Positions 23,895 to 38,073 of a stretch of DNA of 64,000 nt are shown here, piece by piece (the stretch's first letter is position 1; the number at the start of each line of letters is the position of its first letter). Origin of the DNA: Styela clava (Eukaryota). Below the pieces are notes generated by a model. The model searched no databases, was not told the DNA's origin, and saw only the letters and a program-made list of their open reading frames with translations. The position numbers were made by a program, and so were the translations under genes. Where the stretch lies: positions 19,034,001 to 19,098,000 of the forward strand of contig NC_135258.1 of NCBI RefSeq assembly GCF_964204865.1, in the 5' to 3' direction.

Positions 23895-26800
23895 GTTTCT
23901 AAAAATTAAATCCGTTCAAAAAAGCATTTAAACTATATTTAATCTATTTGACGTCAAATAGCCTACAAACCAAAAACATATTATTATAACTTGAACTAGG
24001 TAATTATCGAAATCATAAAATATCCCTAATTGGTTGTTATGAAAGCATTTAGCGTCTGAAAATGAACGAAACCATTTCCTATAATACAAGATGTTGCCGT
24101 CAAAGAAGTGATGAGAATCAAAGTCTTAGCAACAGGTTCTTATTTGTATTCAACTCACTAAAAAAGCGGTTCCCTCAATTCATTAAATTTATATATGTCA
24201 CTACGTAAGCTTCACATGAATCTAATGCATAACTTTTGAAGCGACAAATATGACTGTAATCTGCTGTGCAAGTTACCCATTCGCCGCCGTCGTCTAACGT
24301 CTAACTCTAAAACATGGAACAAAAACGTGTTCACTAATTATCACGAAATTTAAAAAAAGGGTTCGCGCGAATCACACCATCATCCTTCAAAAATTATTTA
24401 TTACACCATGTGCTATCTTGATATTTTCAACTTCGGTTTGTTTAATAATATTATCATTGTGCAACATATCTTATACATAAATATCAATTATACCAATAAT
24501 TGTATTTTGAATATAAAATTATTTTAGCTGAAACGAATTTTATCCTACGATATCTCCTATGATCAGATGTCCGTTTCGTATTATCGACCTAACTAACCCG
24601 CATACATCATTTTGAACTTTCTCTAACTAACATTTATAAAATAGTTGTCATTCATTGTTCAAATATATGAATACACTTCAGAAAGCTCTGTTAATTAAGA
24701 ATTCAAGATTAATTGATTTTTATTAATCAATCAAAGGAACTAGGAAATGGGCAAAAATCGTACACACCCAACGAACAGGAAATGCAAACAGGTGCTCAGT
24801 ATATAGAATGAAAAAACATTTCTCTCCGCAACTTTCACGACTTGTTTTTTGCAGAAGACTTTTTCTTTTCGAGTATTCTCGTAATTTAAATTACATAATT
24901 CGAAAATTGATTTTATATTTCTGCGTTTGAATGTCGATTAAAACCATAATTATATAATACATGTTTGTCTGTTTAGAAACATATGGTCAAGATTATTAAT
25001 TTTATACACACATGGTAACAGCACTTTATACAGCACTTTCTAGTAAAATGATCTAAAAATCAATTTTTATCTGAGTTAATCAATAGTCAATATTTTGCCG
25101 AAACAATGTAGATAATCCATTTATCATCTGACGTTTTGTAACCACTTAAAACCTTGTACTCAATATATTGACAAAAGTTGTGTACCTATTAATTTGGGCC
25201 TTCACATGCAATTGCAACTGATGAAATATAAAACTATATTTAAAACGTCAGTAATGATTGGCTCGAAATAGAAGCGCTCTCTAATTTACGGAGGAAATAT
25301 TATTGTCTGTAATGACATACCTATAACGATGTATTCGACTTTTGAACCTATCCTTTTTATTTTTGTCAAAAATCAATACTTTATTTGCATTTTCGTTTTT
25401 CGGATTTTTACACCAAAAATACTGAAATACTCTATATGATTTTCTGAAACATTCTTTTCTGATGCTGATATGCCATTACCAACGGTATGCTCGATTCACC
25501 TGTCAGTCTCGATTTACTATTTTCTAGAAATTCATGTTTGAGGTCATCAACAACAGCAATAGCTGACCTTGCTCTACTTTCTAACTAGTAGGTTCTAATC
25601 CTACCAATCGTCTTAATTATATACAGCCAACACACTGCGACTCGCAAAAATATATGCAGATGGATAATATCTTAGGTACAATGCTGTGTGCTTATTATGT
25701 TCATTGTAACGTTACAAAGTTAATATTGCTGGAAGTTATCTTGTATAATATATAAACCGCGTAGAGTGAAAGTAACTTCTCTCAGATTGCCCTCAAGGCA
25801 TATGGAAGTTGCTATCGTGTTGGTGCGAAAAATAGAGCTCATATTAAAAGTTTGGTCGTGACTAGAAACATGGTTATCGCGTTTATCATCAGCTAAACCA
25901 TTCCGTACACATGTAATCCGCAGTACATCGAATATGAAATAACCCGCAGCATTTGATACTGTATTTATTTATTGTTACGTAAATATCTCTCTCTCCGACT
26001 AATGTGCCTCATTCGCCATCACAATTCAGTTTCAATCTATGGAGTGTAGAAAACATGACTCTGTTTAACTCGTTGGTTACAGTAGCGATAACAATGAGCG
26101 ACCTATGAGGTAATATATTTTGGAAATGATCTCTTGTTCGCCTGTTTATTTTAGGTGCGATTTAGTGCCATTTTTAATGCGTATCTAAATATTAAAAAAA
26201 GATGCGTAACTCATCCATTCGACATACCATACTAGCACCCTGTCTTTACTTCGTCAAGCAATATGCAATGGGCAAGATATCATGTGATGTTAACTGAACT
26301 CTACCTCGGGATTGGAAAACGGATTGATGGTATTTTATAAACTATTCATAAACTATTGCAAAGTTGAAAATAATTCGTACGAACAACGTCTTTCTTGATT
26401 TCTGACCAGAAATATCTCGATCTGTCTCACTCGCAGTATATTTATATATAAACAGTTAGAGCTTCAAACGGGAAATACCGATAAAGTAATTATCGAAGTT
26501 ATTTTTGGACTTAAATGTGTCAGCATCAATAGTTTATTTCTCTGGTACTTCCTTTTCATTTCATGTTTTTTATATATTTGGGTATCATAATCAATTTCGG
26601 CGGATGCATATGACACACCACCATCTGTGTTTTCTATAGCCTACATCGAATATTTGAACGATTTAAATATTTAAGATCACTAACAACAAAACATCAAATG
26701 CAGTTGTTGTTTCAGAGGTTATTTACACCATTTTATATTCTGACAAGCGTTACAGGTGTTAGCATACCTTTAGGCAAATATCATCCTTATCATCATTGGT

Positions 26801-27573
26801 ATTGTTTCTAATCCGTATACGCTACTGCGTTACATTTACTTTTCGTATGAACATCTAATTGGTGATATAAATAGTGTTTTATAACTTGACGCTTTTGTGA
26901 ACATCGTGTACTTCCTTCTAACTATAGATTGAAGAGTTATGACGCATGACTTGAACTTCACTTATTTATTTATGGTAGACGTAATTGGTGGCAGAATTTT
27001 TGCATCGCGGATCCCTCCTCAATTTCCATCAATATCACGCTGTTTTACACGCATTAATTTTACCCCACGAAACTTCACACTACAGAACAATCTATGGACG
27101 CAATTAACCCCAAAACAGAGATACAATCTGAAAAACTCACATAGACTTAAAACTGTAATTAAATACAAAATCTACATATGGATCGTTTTGCTAAATTCTC
27201 GTTCTCGCAATACTTGTTGTTGTTGTTATGATGGGATTCAGATTCAGATATTTATTTTTCGTCGTGCAAAACATTGTACATTTAAACAAATGGTAAAAAT
27301 GAAATAAATTCATTGAAAGAAAAAAGTACAATATTTGAACTGCAATAGTACTCGAAGATTTGAAAAGTTGCTAATTTATTAAAATTTAATAAGGGGCAAC
27401 ACTTTTTCATTCCGTATTGCTCGATCGCCCTCATAATGATTGCCCGGTGGTATTTGCAGAAATTCCACTCATTCCATTATTACTGTACTGGTGCATATGC
27501 GCGACTTTCGTGTCCATATGATTCAGCGTTGCTCTCCCTTTTATTTTACTATGACGAATGGTATAATATATAT

Positions 27574-28027
27574 CAGGGTGGTCCAAGGTTGTCGGCTCCG
27601 CGGGCCACAAAATTATTTTTGCATTGTTCGCGGGCCACAATAGTGCCAAGAATAGGTAAAAAGTGCAATACAAAACAAACGTCTTTATTGTGCAAACACT
27701 TAGTTATCAGGCATAGCCATTCTAGGCTAATAGAATCCGCATTCGATTTTTAGTTTTCTATGATGCCTATATTGTTTGCATATATTCCCGACCAAAAAGT
27801 TAAAAAGCCAGATAACGATTTAGACCGCCAAGCACATCATTCAACTTCGCTAGTTTCCCCAGCTATCTATAACACTATTCAATTCAGTGACAATAGTGAT
27901 GACAATATGTCAAAAGATTTTTCTGATTAATTTTATGATGAAACAACACGAAATGCGATTTTTTGATTACTCTCCGAATGTGACGCGGGCCACATGTGGC
28001 CCGCGCGCCTGGGTTTGGACCACCCTG
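27574..28027. mobile_element. Non-autonomous hAT (Charlie-like) element
   Basis: TIR CAGGGTGGTCCAA / TTGGACCACCCTG; GCGGGCCACA subterminal motifs; 8-bp TSD ATATATAT. Confidence 0.85.
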
Positions 28028-29059
28028 ATATATATACATCTATATACATTATTTAATATCATAATTCTCTTCAAAATTTGATTTAAGCAAGATTTGGAGG
28101 CAAATTTTCGATATTTTTGATTTCGTTACTACGAATAAACTGATATAATTATGTATACATCATTTGAATTAGTGTATCTACAATATTTATGTTATAAAGG
28201 GAAAATAGAGAGTTTGCAGTATAGGCGAAAAAAAGAAATTAAAAATCATTATAACTTGACCAATCCTGTTGTTTTGGCATAACATCAGTTTCAATCGGAC
28301 TGGATGGGTAACTGAAAGTTTTAGAACTTGATTTGCATGATTCAATGCTATACATTACATTCATCGTCAGTTCGAATAATTTTTTTATATATGGTCCGGT
28401 GGTATTATGCTTAAATAAGCTATCACCACTGCTATCATATTGATTTGAATGCATCTATCCACGTATTTAAAGTATATATATATATATCCAACGCTGTGAG
28501 ATTCCCAGATATATTTAATTCAACCAATACGCCAATAAAAACAAAAGACTCAGTTTCAATTCCAATACTAATGTTCATTGAAAACGTTACTGGGTTTGTT
28601 TATCAAAATGTTAGATATAGATTGCCCCGAACGCAAATTATTCAAACTTTTCATGCTTGTGACAAAATTATAACGCGTGCAATAAGTTCATTACGCCTGA
28701 ATTACTGAAATAACATGAATCTTGCGTAGGCATATTTTGAACTTGCCCTGAACTTTCTCGGGGCTGGTATGCAATAGAAGTCATTTGTATTTCTTAACCG
28801 AGTAACCATTAAAATTGCGTTAAAGTGGCGCTTTATATATATTTGATACAGAAGAGTAGAAATTAGAAGTCACGCAGTAAATTTTTTATATTAACAAATG
28901 TTATATTTGAAGTTCAGTCAAAGCAAAAAAGAATGAGGGCGGCGTGTCATGTTAGGTGTCATAATAGATAATAAATTTCACAAAACCATTGTCTAAAGAT
29001 AATTAAATTTGCGAATTCATAGTTTTATATGTCCGATAAAAATCTGCCTTCTATATATG

Positions 29060-29790
29060 TGTAGCGTACCGGCAGTCTATGAAGCAATTATCCAAGTTCA
29101 GAATATCCTCCAATATGGTCTGACGTCAAGTTTCCTCCCAATATTCACTTCAATTTATACTATTTTGTTCTATTTATTAATTATCCTCCGATGAAACGGT
29201 TAATACAACTAAACCAAACACTCCAAAGAAACGGAAAGCACACAACAAAAACAACAATACCAAGCAGTGAAATGTAGAAAAGCAATATACACCATAAAAC
29301 ACTAAACTAGCTACTTACAATTTGCAAAACAGGCTGAAAATTAACTTATGACAGGCATTTTAAAAGACGATAAACAATTCTATATGTGCACAACATTTGA
29401 ACAGTACTGATGACAGCTAATTCTACGATAAAACTGAAAATACAACACTAAATGAACTGCAATGGCATCGCACTCAAACCACAACATGATCTCACTGTCC
29501 AGCACAAAACATACAACCGAACCCAATCCAACAGTCACGAAACCACATACAAACATCCCCGATCACCCACCGGAGACCAGTGGCACTCCCTCGGACAATC
29601 AAAACCAAACATTCAACCGAAAAACAACCACACTCTGACAACTGCACCCTTCCAACCACAGCATACGCTAACAGGCCACGCCAAAAAGAATGGATCGACA
29701 GTGTTAAGTTTGTCGAGTGTCCCACTGTACCTCACTTGTGGAGCACATACGGACAGACCCCGGGTCACAATGGGGAATTCATGATAAAAT
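29060..29790 (+). mobile_element. Possible decayed 3' fragment of an RTE-like LINE
   Basis: Broken frames give VYEAII...ILQYG, RRPVALPRT and AN...KEWIDSV, resembling post-RT C-terminal LINE motifs; A/C-skewed composition. Confidence 0.3.
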
Positions 29791-30206
29791 AATAATTGAT
29801 TTTTTTGAAATTTGTTGTTTATGCAATGTAATGTGTTACAGTGAAGGGTATCTTTATTCAATTCAATTCGTTTATATTCGCGGTCCATATAAAACAACAC
29901 AAACAAATAAACATAAGCAAAAACAAAATAACACAATAAATACATAAAATACCTGATACAACAATCAGATTCACAGTAGATCTCAAAAAAAGAATTAATA
30001 GAAGAAGTAATTTAAGAGGCCAAAAGTGAAGTATGTAATCCAAGATATAATAGCCTGTCACAAACAGTATCTGGGAATCAGTGGTTCCCAACCTTCTCCG
30101 TAAAATACCTCCCTTCGCCTACTTCGGAACTCTTAATTTCTCCTTAAATATGCATAAAAATTTAATCAATCAATCTTTGACGAATCTTTTGTCAGTGTAA
30201 TGGGAG

Positions 30207-31171
30207 CAGCGCCGGATTAACCACTAAACAATATAAGCACGTGCTTAGGGCACCAAGCAAAGAGGGCCATCACAGAAATTTTAGAGCAGAATTTTATATA
30301 GTTGATCGGTGTTTATTAAAACATCACGAGTTCACCAGACGACTCAAACTTTAAAATGTTTGCTTATTTTCATATTATATGAACCTTCTTTATTGAAAAT
30401 ATACACTGAAACGTTTTTTTTTTTGACACGAAATGGGCCTATGAATCGTTTTCTTAAATTGTTGTTGTTTTTTCTTTTAGTATTCACCTTGTTGCTGCAT
30501 TTTTATTTAAAAAAAATTCCTTTTCTCTTCAACAATTGGACCAATGAACTATTTACACTATGTGGCGGTTCCACGATCGCATTTCAACGATCTAGTGGTC
30601 AGCGAAGTCGGGAGTTTTTTGATAAGGTAGACCTGTCATGCTGATACATTCCGTGCGGCTCACAGAACAATTTTAGCGTATATTTGTATCTAATGTAGGA
30701 ACGTTTCTGAATTTTTTCAGCTATTCCAACTAGGGTTGGGATCCCGAGATTCAAACCTCTTTTCTGACGCTTTGTGCCTTTATTTTAGTAACAAGAGAGC
30801 TATGCTCAAATATATGGACACGTAGCGCCACCCAATGGCAATAATTTTGATGACGTCATAGCGAAAAAAAAGTAATAGCCTTCTGGAGAAAAATTTTATC
30901 TTTAACCACTGAAAATTTCAAAGCAATTGGTCCAGTATTCGAAGAGAAAGGCGATTTTTTAAAAATGGAGACGGAGACAAATAACAATAACAATAACAAC
31001 AAAATTTTGAAACGATCGTTATGTCCATTTCGTGTTCAAAAACACCCTTCTGACTATGCGATGACCGCATGGTCGTATCGCTCCCTCCTGTTCATACCAA
31101 AACAATTTTATTGTTGCTACTTTTTTACTGTATTGATGACTGCAATTTTTTTGGTTGACAAATTAATAAAC

Positions 31172-31202
<31 letters not shown>

Positions 31203-32118
31203 CAATCGTCGGCCATGTGACGGTAGTGACGAAACGCAGAGCCGACTTAACGCTGCGCAATCCAGTTTTTTTTATAGCTAGGTCCCGAAACACCAACTTA
31301 GACGGACTTGGTTGGTAGTTGACGATGGCACTAAGCTTGCTCACGCTGCAAGTTTTTAAATTACTCAATATAACAATTCGTAATAAAATGAGCGTCGCAA
31401 GAAAGTAGACATAAGGAAATCACGGCGGAAACGTATTTCTTTGTCCATCACACAGTGTCTGGTTTGATTTCAAGTAATATCTGTCACGAAAGAATATAAT
31501 TTGACAACGGTAATTACCTTTAAAATAACTGAAGGCTTTATAAATCTTCTTTAAAAGAACGCCATCCATGCAACATAATAATTGTCTGACTAAAACGGTA
31601 AACTTGTTGTTCATTAAATTTTAAATTGATTGATTGATTGATTTTAAGTAAGTAAACTCGCGATATTTCGATCACTTTTGGGTTTTCTACGGCTTGCGGC
31701 CCGCGAGACCTCCTCAAAAGTTTTTGCGGTCCTTCAATCTAGCAACCTTGAACCTCCCTGAGGTAGACAACAAGGTAGGCCTACTGGTAAAATTTCAAAC
31801 TACAGTTGTGACTTGTATACTTTGATATTTCGATTCGCGTTGAGACTGGAGGCATGAATCTGTATTGTCACACTCCCTCAGGATTAGAGCTCAACCCCGA
31901 TATTGCGTGTTTGCCGATATATGATATCGGCAGTATATATCGATATATATATCGGCTATATATACCAGTTAAAAACCTAAAAATGTTCGTAAAAGTTGTT
32001 TTATTTAATGTTGGTTGTGATTATTTTTAATGAATAATACACTTATGTGGTTTATGGTTTTTATAATTAAATTACACATGAGGATGAGGGGGCACCAAAG
32101 GGGCTAAATCCGCCCCTG
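30207..32118. mobile_element. 1.9-kb non-autonomous hAT element carrying nested repeats
   Basis: TIR CAGCGCCGGATTAA / TAAATCCGCCCCTG; GGGCACCAA subterminal motifs; perfect 8-bp TSD AATGGGAG (30199-30206, 32119-32126). Confidence 0.85.
30790..31045. mobile_element. Helentron/HINE-like element nested in the hAT element
   Basis: Same AACAAGAGAGCTA start, core block and AAC/AAT microsatellite as 16363-16785; ends CATTTCGTGTTC. Confidence 0.65.
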
Positions 32119-32269
32119 AATGGGAGAGTTGCATTCACGCTTTTGTACAGTTTAGTTACTTTATGTGTGCATTATAGTAGTAATAATAAAGAATAATAGT
32201 AGTTATACTACAGTAAATACCAAACAAAATTCCTCTCTGGGGAGGAATGCAAGCTGGGAGAAATCGTTG

Positions 32270-32440
32270 TCCCTATCATTACAGGGAGCGGAAAATCGAA
32301 ATTGGTCGTTTTGCTTGACTGAGTCAGTTATGACGTAGGACAATGCAATGCGGTCATGTTTTTCTGAGCCATGTGACGTAGAAGGCTGGGCATTGAGTGT
32401 TGGAGATTTCACATTCACGTGCGTTCCAGCAATGTAGGTA
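32270..32440 (+). promoter_or_regulatory. Candidate eRF3 promoter / non-coding first exon
   Basis: Locally GC-richer stretch with two TGACGT motifs, CATGTGAC and CACGTG E-boxes, ending in a possible donor (tag|gtactt ~32438); acceptor ttttcag at ~33934 precedes the ATG. Confidence 0.3.
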
Positions 32441-32535
32441 CTTTTCCATCATTATTAACCGTTTTCAGGTTTTCAAGATGAGCAGTGTTTTTATTATTTC
32501 ATATTCTATTCATATTGTGAGATCCATGCATCTGA

Positions 32536-32725
32536 AGCAAATAACTGGCTAACTAATTCCATACCGTGCACTACGTACCGGTACCGGTACATGGACTGGC
32601 AACCATGTAAATCTGTAAACGGGCGAGAGGCCATGACTGCATGGTCTGATGGTACGCCATACTGCCATATGATAGAGGTGTCTTATAGGCTTTTCTTTTC
32701 TCTGGGATAAATATGTAAATCTTAA
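32536..32725 (+). mobile_element. 3' fragment of the tRNA-SINE
   Basis: CAAATAACTGGCTAACTAAT.CCATACC...GATAAATATGTAAATC matches the SINE 3' half, with insertions. Confidence 0.65.
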
Positions 32726-32790
32726 GTTCAAGTATTGAGTGAGTGACCTGGTTCAATAATAAAAAAAAGTGAAAAATAGACTTCAGTTTC

Positions 32791-33252
32791 GGGTCTAGTA
32801 TGGTTTAGTACCACAAGTAGCCTACCTCCAGTGGGCGTAGCATAACGAATTTTGCATATGTTATTCCTAACCCCAACCTGACTATGCTATCAAAAAATTA
32901 CGGTACGTCACTACGACGTCACCATCACGTCATAGGATTGCAAAAGTGTAATTACGATCGCCCGAAATGGCATCTGCGTCGCCGATAACGAGTCGCTAAC
33001 GCCGACGATCTGTCTCCGTTTGTGATCGTTGTGACGAGAAAACGAGAGAAATAGCTTGCTCGATTTCGGGTGACCGTCTGCGCGTTTTGGACGATCATCC
33101 GCATACTTTGGTGGGCCTTATTACGCCACTGTGACGTCGAAATGACGTAATTTTCTGTTGACGTAGTCAGGTGGGGGTTAGGATTAACATATGCGAAAAT
33201 TGTTGAGCCAGGATAACTAGAAGTGCATGTGGTACTAAACTATACCAGACCC
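32791..33252. mobile_element. MITE (GGGTCT family), second copy, inverted relative to 20606
   Basis: Termini GGGTCTAGTATGGTTTAGTACCACA / TGTGGTACTAAACTATACCAGACCC; perfect 8-bp TSD TCAGTTTC. Confidence 0.88.
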
Positions 33253-34005
33253 TCAGTTTCTTCAGGCTGTCAGGGGAGCATCTCTCACGATCAAATGTGA
33301 TAATCCAGTAATCCAAACCGGTACCGTAGGTGGTTTTAGGATAATTGAGTAGTTGTCTGTTTCCTCATGTATCTATGTCAGTACGGTACGGTATGTGCTG
33401 ATGTCAACATGTGGGCTGTTCACCTCCCATAGAGCAGCTTATTCTCAATTTCTGTTCATTCCGATATGGTATTACTGTATCAGGCCTACATTCATACATT
33501 GTTGGGTTTTAATTAATCTGTTATTATGGAATGGTGTTTCACAGTAATATATCCGTATATTTCGAATGTAAACCTGTAATTTTTCATTAAGGACCTGTTG
33601 ACTTGAGACTGCAATTTTCACTTCTGTATCCTTTTCAGCTTGTATAAAAATGTTTTATACAGTAGGAAGAATATCAGTCTCTTGTTTCGTTTTCGAAACT
33701 TTCCCACATACTTTCAAAGACTATTCAAGTGTCTAGTTTAACTGTTTAATGATGCTCATGGTATAACGCTACATTTTACCGTACATTTTATTGTTCACAA
33801 GTAAAACACCTCTTACCTACTTACAGTCTTATTAAAGGCTATTCTAGAACTGTTTGAATTTATTTTGTAAAGCATTTTTTTCTTATAAAATACTTCGAGA
33901 ATCCATTAAATGAATATTTATTGCAGTTTTTCAGATGCCATATATTTTGGCAACTCAGTATATAAATTAAAAAATTTGCATTTGAACAAATTACCATTAA
34001 AAAAA

Positions 34006-37000
34006 ATGAATGGTGAGAATATCCCAGATTCGTGGGACCAAGAGGTCGCCAACAATCTGGCATCCCTGAATGTCAATGCAAGACCATTTGTGCCTAATGT
34101 TGGTGCTGCTGAGTTCATACCATCCTTCTTGAAGTCACCACAACCAGCCGTGCCTTCTGCTCAGCCTACTAAACCAATGACACAGCAGGAAGATCTGCCT
34201 TCTCAAGGAGCTGTCGGAGGGGAACAATTAGCACAAAATATTGAACCATCGTCTGTTGGTGATACACCATCAATGAATGAAGAAGCTTCACTTCCAGAGG
34301 CAGATTATGTTCCAAATGCTAAGCCTGCTGCTGAAAATTGGGAAGACACTGCTCAAAATGAAGAGGTCAAAGTTGAAGACGAAAACGAGGAAGTTGAACT
34401 GAAAGAAGAGGAAGAAGATATAGTAGAAGTGAAAAAACCACGCCCTGCTTCTGAAACTGAAGTTAAGAAAGATCATTTGAACGTTGTATTTATCGGCCAT
34501 GTTGATGCTGGAAAGTCAACTATTGGTGGCCAAATTATGTATTTAACAGGAATGGTAGACAAAAGAACACTTGAAAAATATGAACGTGAAGCAAAAGAGA
34601 AGAATCGTGAGACGTGGTACTTATCCTGGGTTGTTGATACCAACCAAGAAGAACGAGATAAAGGAAAGACTGTAGAGGTTGGACGAGCATATTTTGAAAC
34701 TGAAAACAAACATTTCACAATACTAGATGCCCCTGGCCACAGAAGCTTCGTCCCTAACATGATTGGCGGAGCTTCTCAAGCAGATGTTGCTGTTCTTGTC
34801 ATCTCGGCCAGAAGAGGAGAATTTGAGACCGGTTTTGAAAGAGGTGGACAGACGAGGGAACACGCTATGCTTGCAAAAACTGCTGGAGTTAAATATTTGA
34901 TTGTGCTCATCAATAAAATGGACGATTCTACTGTTCGTTGGAGTATAGATAGGTACAATGAATGCAAAGAGGGATTGACTCCATTTTTGAAGAAAATTGG
35001 GTTCAATCCCAAGACTGTACATTATATGCCATGTTCTGGTCTGACAGGTACTGTTTTAAATATTTGTTTAATTTTGTTTTATTACTAAATTTGATAAGAC
35101 GACTTAATCATATGGCGAACCACGACCTCTCGTCCGGTTACCAGTCCATGTCAGGTATGGGATTAGTTAGCCAGTTATTTGTTTACAGAAGCATGAACTT
35201 GATGGTGGAGGAAGCCACAACCGACTAGCGATTATGTGAACCACCCTGCGGCGGCGAGGTGTCCAGCAATCCTCTTGTACATAACTATCCCCGCATGGGA
35301 TTTGAAACAGCGAACCCTCGCAGGGCAATCAGAGGTGCGGTGACGAGCGTATTCCTAATGCTTAGCTCGATGCGCCACACTGTCGCACACATATTGTCGT
35401 AGATAAAATGATAGAAGTGAAAACTTTTTTATTATTTCTTCTCTTCTTAGGTGCCAACCTACTTACATCAGATGGCAATCACAAAGAATGGTACAATGGC
35501 CTTCCTCTTATTCCATATCTCGATCAGTTGCCTACAATGCACAGATCAGGCAAAGGTCCGATTCGTCTACCGATTGTCGACAAGTATAAAGACATGGGAA
35601 CAATCGTACTTGGTAAACTAGAATCTGGCACCTTGACAAAAGGAATGCATGTCATAATGCAACCAAACAAGCGAAGGGTGAAAGGTAATTATTGTAGGCT
35701 ATCTGCTTTTTATGACTTTCTTGACTTTGTCATGAATAAGTCTCTGGGCAAGCAACCATCGAAACAAGGGATCCATCCATTGTTGACTGTGGTAAACCTA
35801 AAGAGCGGATTGCAAGCGCCACATACTTTGATTGGTTATTTTAATTGTAAAGTATAGGACAGAATTGGGTCTCTTATGAATGACAGCCATTTTCGATTTT
35901 TTTTTGTTTATAAAATTTGGTTGCTTTATTGATGAAGCAATGATTTTGATAATTGAGTGACTTTTTGTGTTTGTTTCCTATCCAGTTTTGAATATTTTAT
36001 CGGATGACGTTGAAACAGACGAAGCAATGGCTGGTGAGAATTGCAAGTTGAGACTTGACAACGTAGATGATGATGAAGTTTCGAAGGTATGTAAATGAAA
36101 TTAACTCTTTGAACCCTGAAAGCCGCAATAGCGGCTTTCCCGAGAAAGTCTTCTGACGCTGAAAGCCGCTTTAGCGGCTTTGGCATCCCGTATGAGCTAT
36201 GCAACTTTGAAACCCTCATATCTTGCGAACCATATATTATATTTAGACAAGTTTTACATCGTGTGAAAGATAATCTACAGAACTATGTATCATTTTAAAA
36301 TTGAGATAAAATATTGTGATCATCTTATGAAAATTGGCAAAATTAAAAAGCATGAAAAACTTCTGAAAAATTCTAAATCTAATTGAAAAAACTTCAATTT
36401 GTTTTTGATTAAACCTAGTACATTATCAACAACATTTGTAGAAGTTGAAGATAGCTCTCCAGTGGTACCATTAGATTGAAATTATGTTGCACCATTCAAA
36501 TTTTAATACGGAGTTTTAAAATTTAATTGCATAAAATACGGTAGTCTTCATTTCATTATTTTTGACTGAATTAAAAACAAGTTATTTTTCTTTCATTTCC
36601 AGGGATTTGTTCTATGTTCACCAGACAATCTATGTTCAACTGGATGTTTATTTGATGCTCAGATTGCTATTATTGAATATAAATCTATTATTTGTGCAGG
36701 ATATAGTGCTATACTACATATTCATACGTAAGTAAAAGCATGATTGGTGAATTCTTGCTTATCACATGTTTTGCTACTTATTACTTTATGGAGTGCTTCA
36801 AAATTGGAGTATAATTTGTATAGGGATGTTGGGTCATTAAAATATATGTATCATGGACATATTTAACTTACTGCCAGCTGGAATTTGAAACAGCTATATT
36901 GATATTATAGTGAGATGACTAAGCCTCTAGGACAATGGGAATGGGAAAACGAATCTATTACATGAAATTAGTTATAGAATAGGTGTAGAAATAAAATACC

Positions 37001-38073
37001 AGCGATTAATTTTTACATTTATTTGATCAAGCACATACTGTGTATCTCAAAAGTTGAATCACTGAATTTGAATGGTAGATAGATGGAAAATAATATTAGT
37101 TTAATATCATTGTAATGTTTCAATTTACTGAAAATGCTGTGACCTGGATTAGGTATATTATTCGTTTATTTCAAATTGTATTCGACCTGACGTTGTGTGG
37201 GCTCAATTTGCTTTTACTAATAAACAAAAGTGTTAGGTTTGTGACTAAAATACATTGATCATGATAGATCAATAAATATTTTTCCATCCATATTAGGAGA
37301 GGAAGTATTTAAAAGCAATGACAAGTGTGTATATAGTACAATAACATAACCAACGTTTTTTTATGTTTTTCAGGTGCATTGAAGAAGTAGAAATTAAACT
37401 GCTGATTTGTTTATTGGACAGAAAAACTGGGGAAAAAGTGAAAGGAAGGCCTAAATTTGTTAAACAGGTTAGTTGGTTTGTAACTAGGCTTGGTAGAAAT
37501 AATTAAATCTAAAGCAGAATTTTGAAATTTTGTCTCATGAATGTAATTAAAAATTTGTTCTCAAATTAGTTGTTTTGTCAAATTGTGTTTTACTGAAAAG
37601 AGTATTTAGTAATGAGTGGCCAAAGTGGTGTTTCTATCATACCATATGCAGTCTCGCAATGTTTTGCTTATTTTATTTCACTGGGGTTTGATTGTTTAGT
37701 TCTGGATGTAAATGTCGTATTTCCAAAGCAACTGTTTCCTGAGCTCCAGTTGCTTTTTTCCAACATATATTGATCCTTGGTCTTTTAAATTATTTGTTTC
37801 ACATCATGAATTTTGTATTTGAACTTTCACAATTTAATAAATTAGGATTTATAAATAGATGTCCTTATCAGATAACCTCATATTAATAATTAGAAAAACT
37901 CAGAACTGATTTGAACTTATATTTTGTAGGATCAAACTGTCATCGCACGCTTACAAACATCAGGAGCCATATGCATTGAAAGTTTCAAAAACTTCCCTCA
38001 AATGGGTCGTTTTACTCTGCGTGATGAAGGGAAAACCATCGCCATTGGCAAGGTCCTCAAAGTGCTCGAATGA
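34006..38073 (+). CDS. GSPT1: Eukaryotic peptide chain release factor GTP-binding subunit eRF3 (~579 aa, 6 coding exons)
   Basis: PAM2 motifs LNVNARPFVP / NVGAAEFIP; G-domain GHVDAGKST, ETWYLSW, DAPGH, INKMD; C-terminal GRFTLRDEGKTIAIGKV. Exons 34006-35047, 35451-35684, 35986-36086, 36603-36727, 37374-37467, 37930-38073 (1740 nt), all GT-AG. Confidence 0.96.
35093..35385 (-). mobile_element. tRNA-derived SINE in eRF3 intron (antisense)
   Basis: Reverse complement aligns end to end with 14034-14347. Confidence 0.8.
36101..36530. mobile_element. piggyBac-like non-autonomous remnant in eRF3 intron
   Basis: Starts TTAA-CTCTTTGAACCC; two GAAAGCCGC-N4-GCGGCTTT hairpins; right end decayed and its position uncertain. 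Confidence 0.4.

Noticed and set aside
28239-28708. Short ORFs that might be exons
   Set aside because: No recognisable domain and no consistent splice chain could be built.
33910-34005. Longer eRF3 N-terminus from ATG 33910
   Set aside because: AT-rich and crosses a ttttcag acceptor at ~33934; the family-like start M..(P)DSWDQE begins at 34006.
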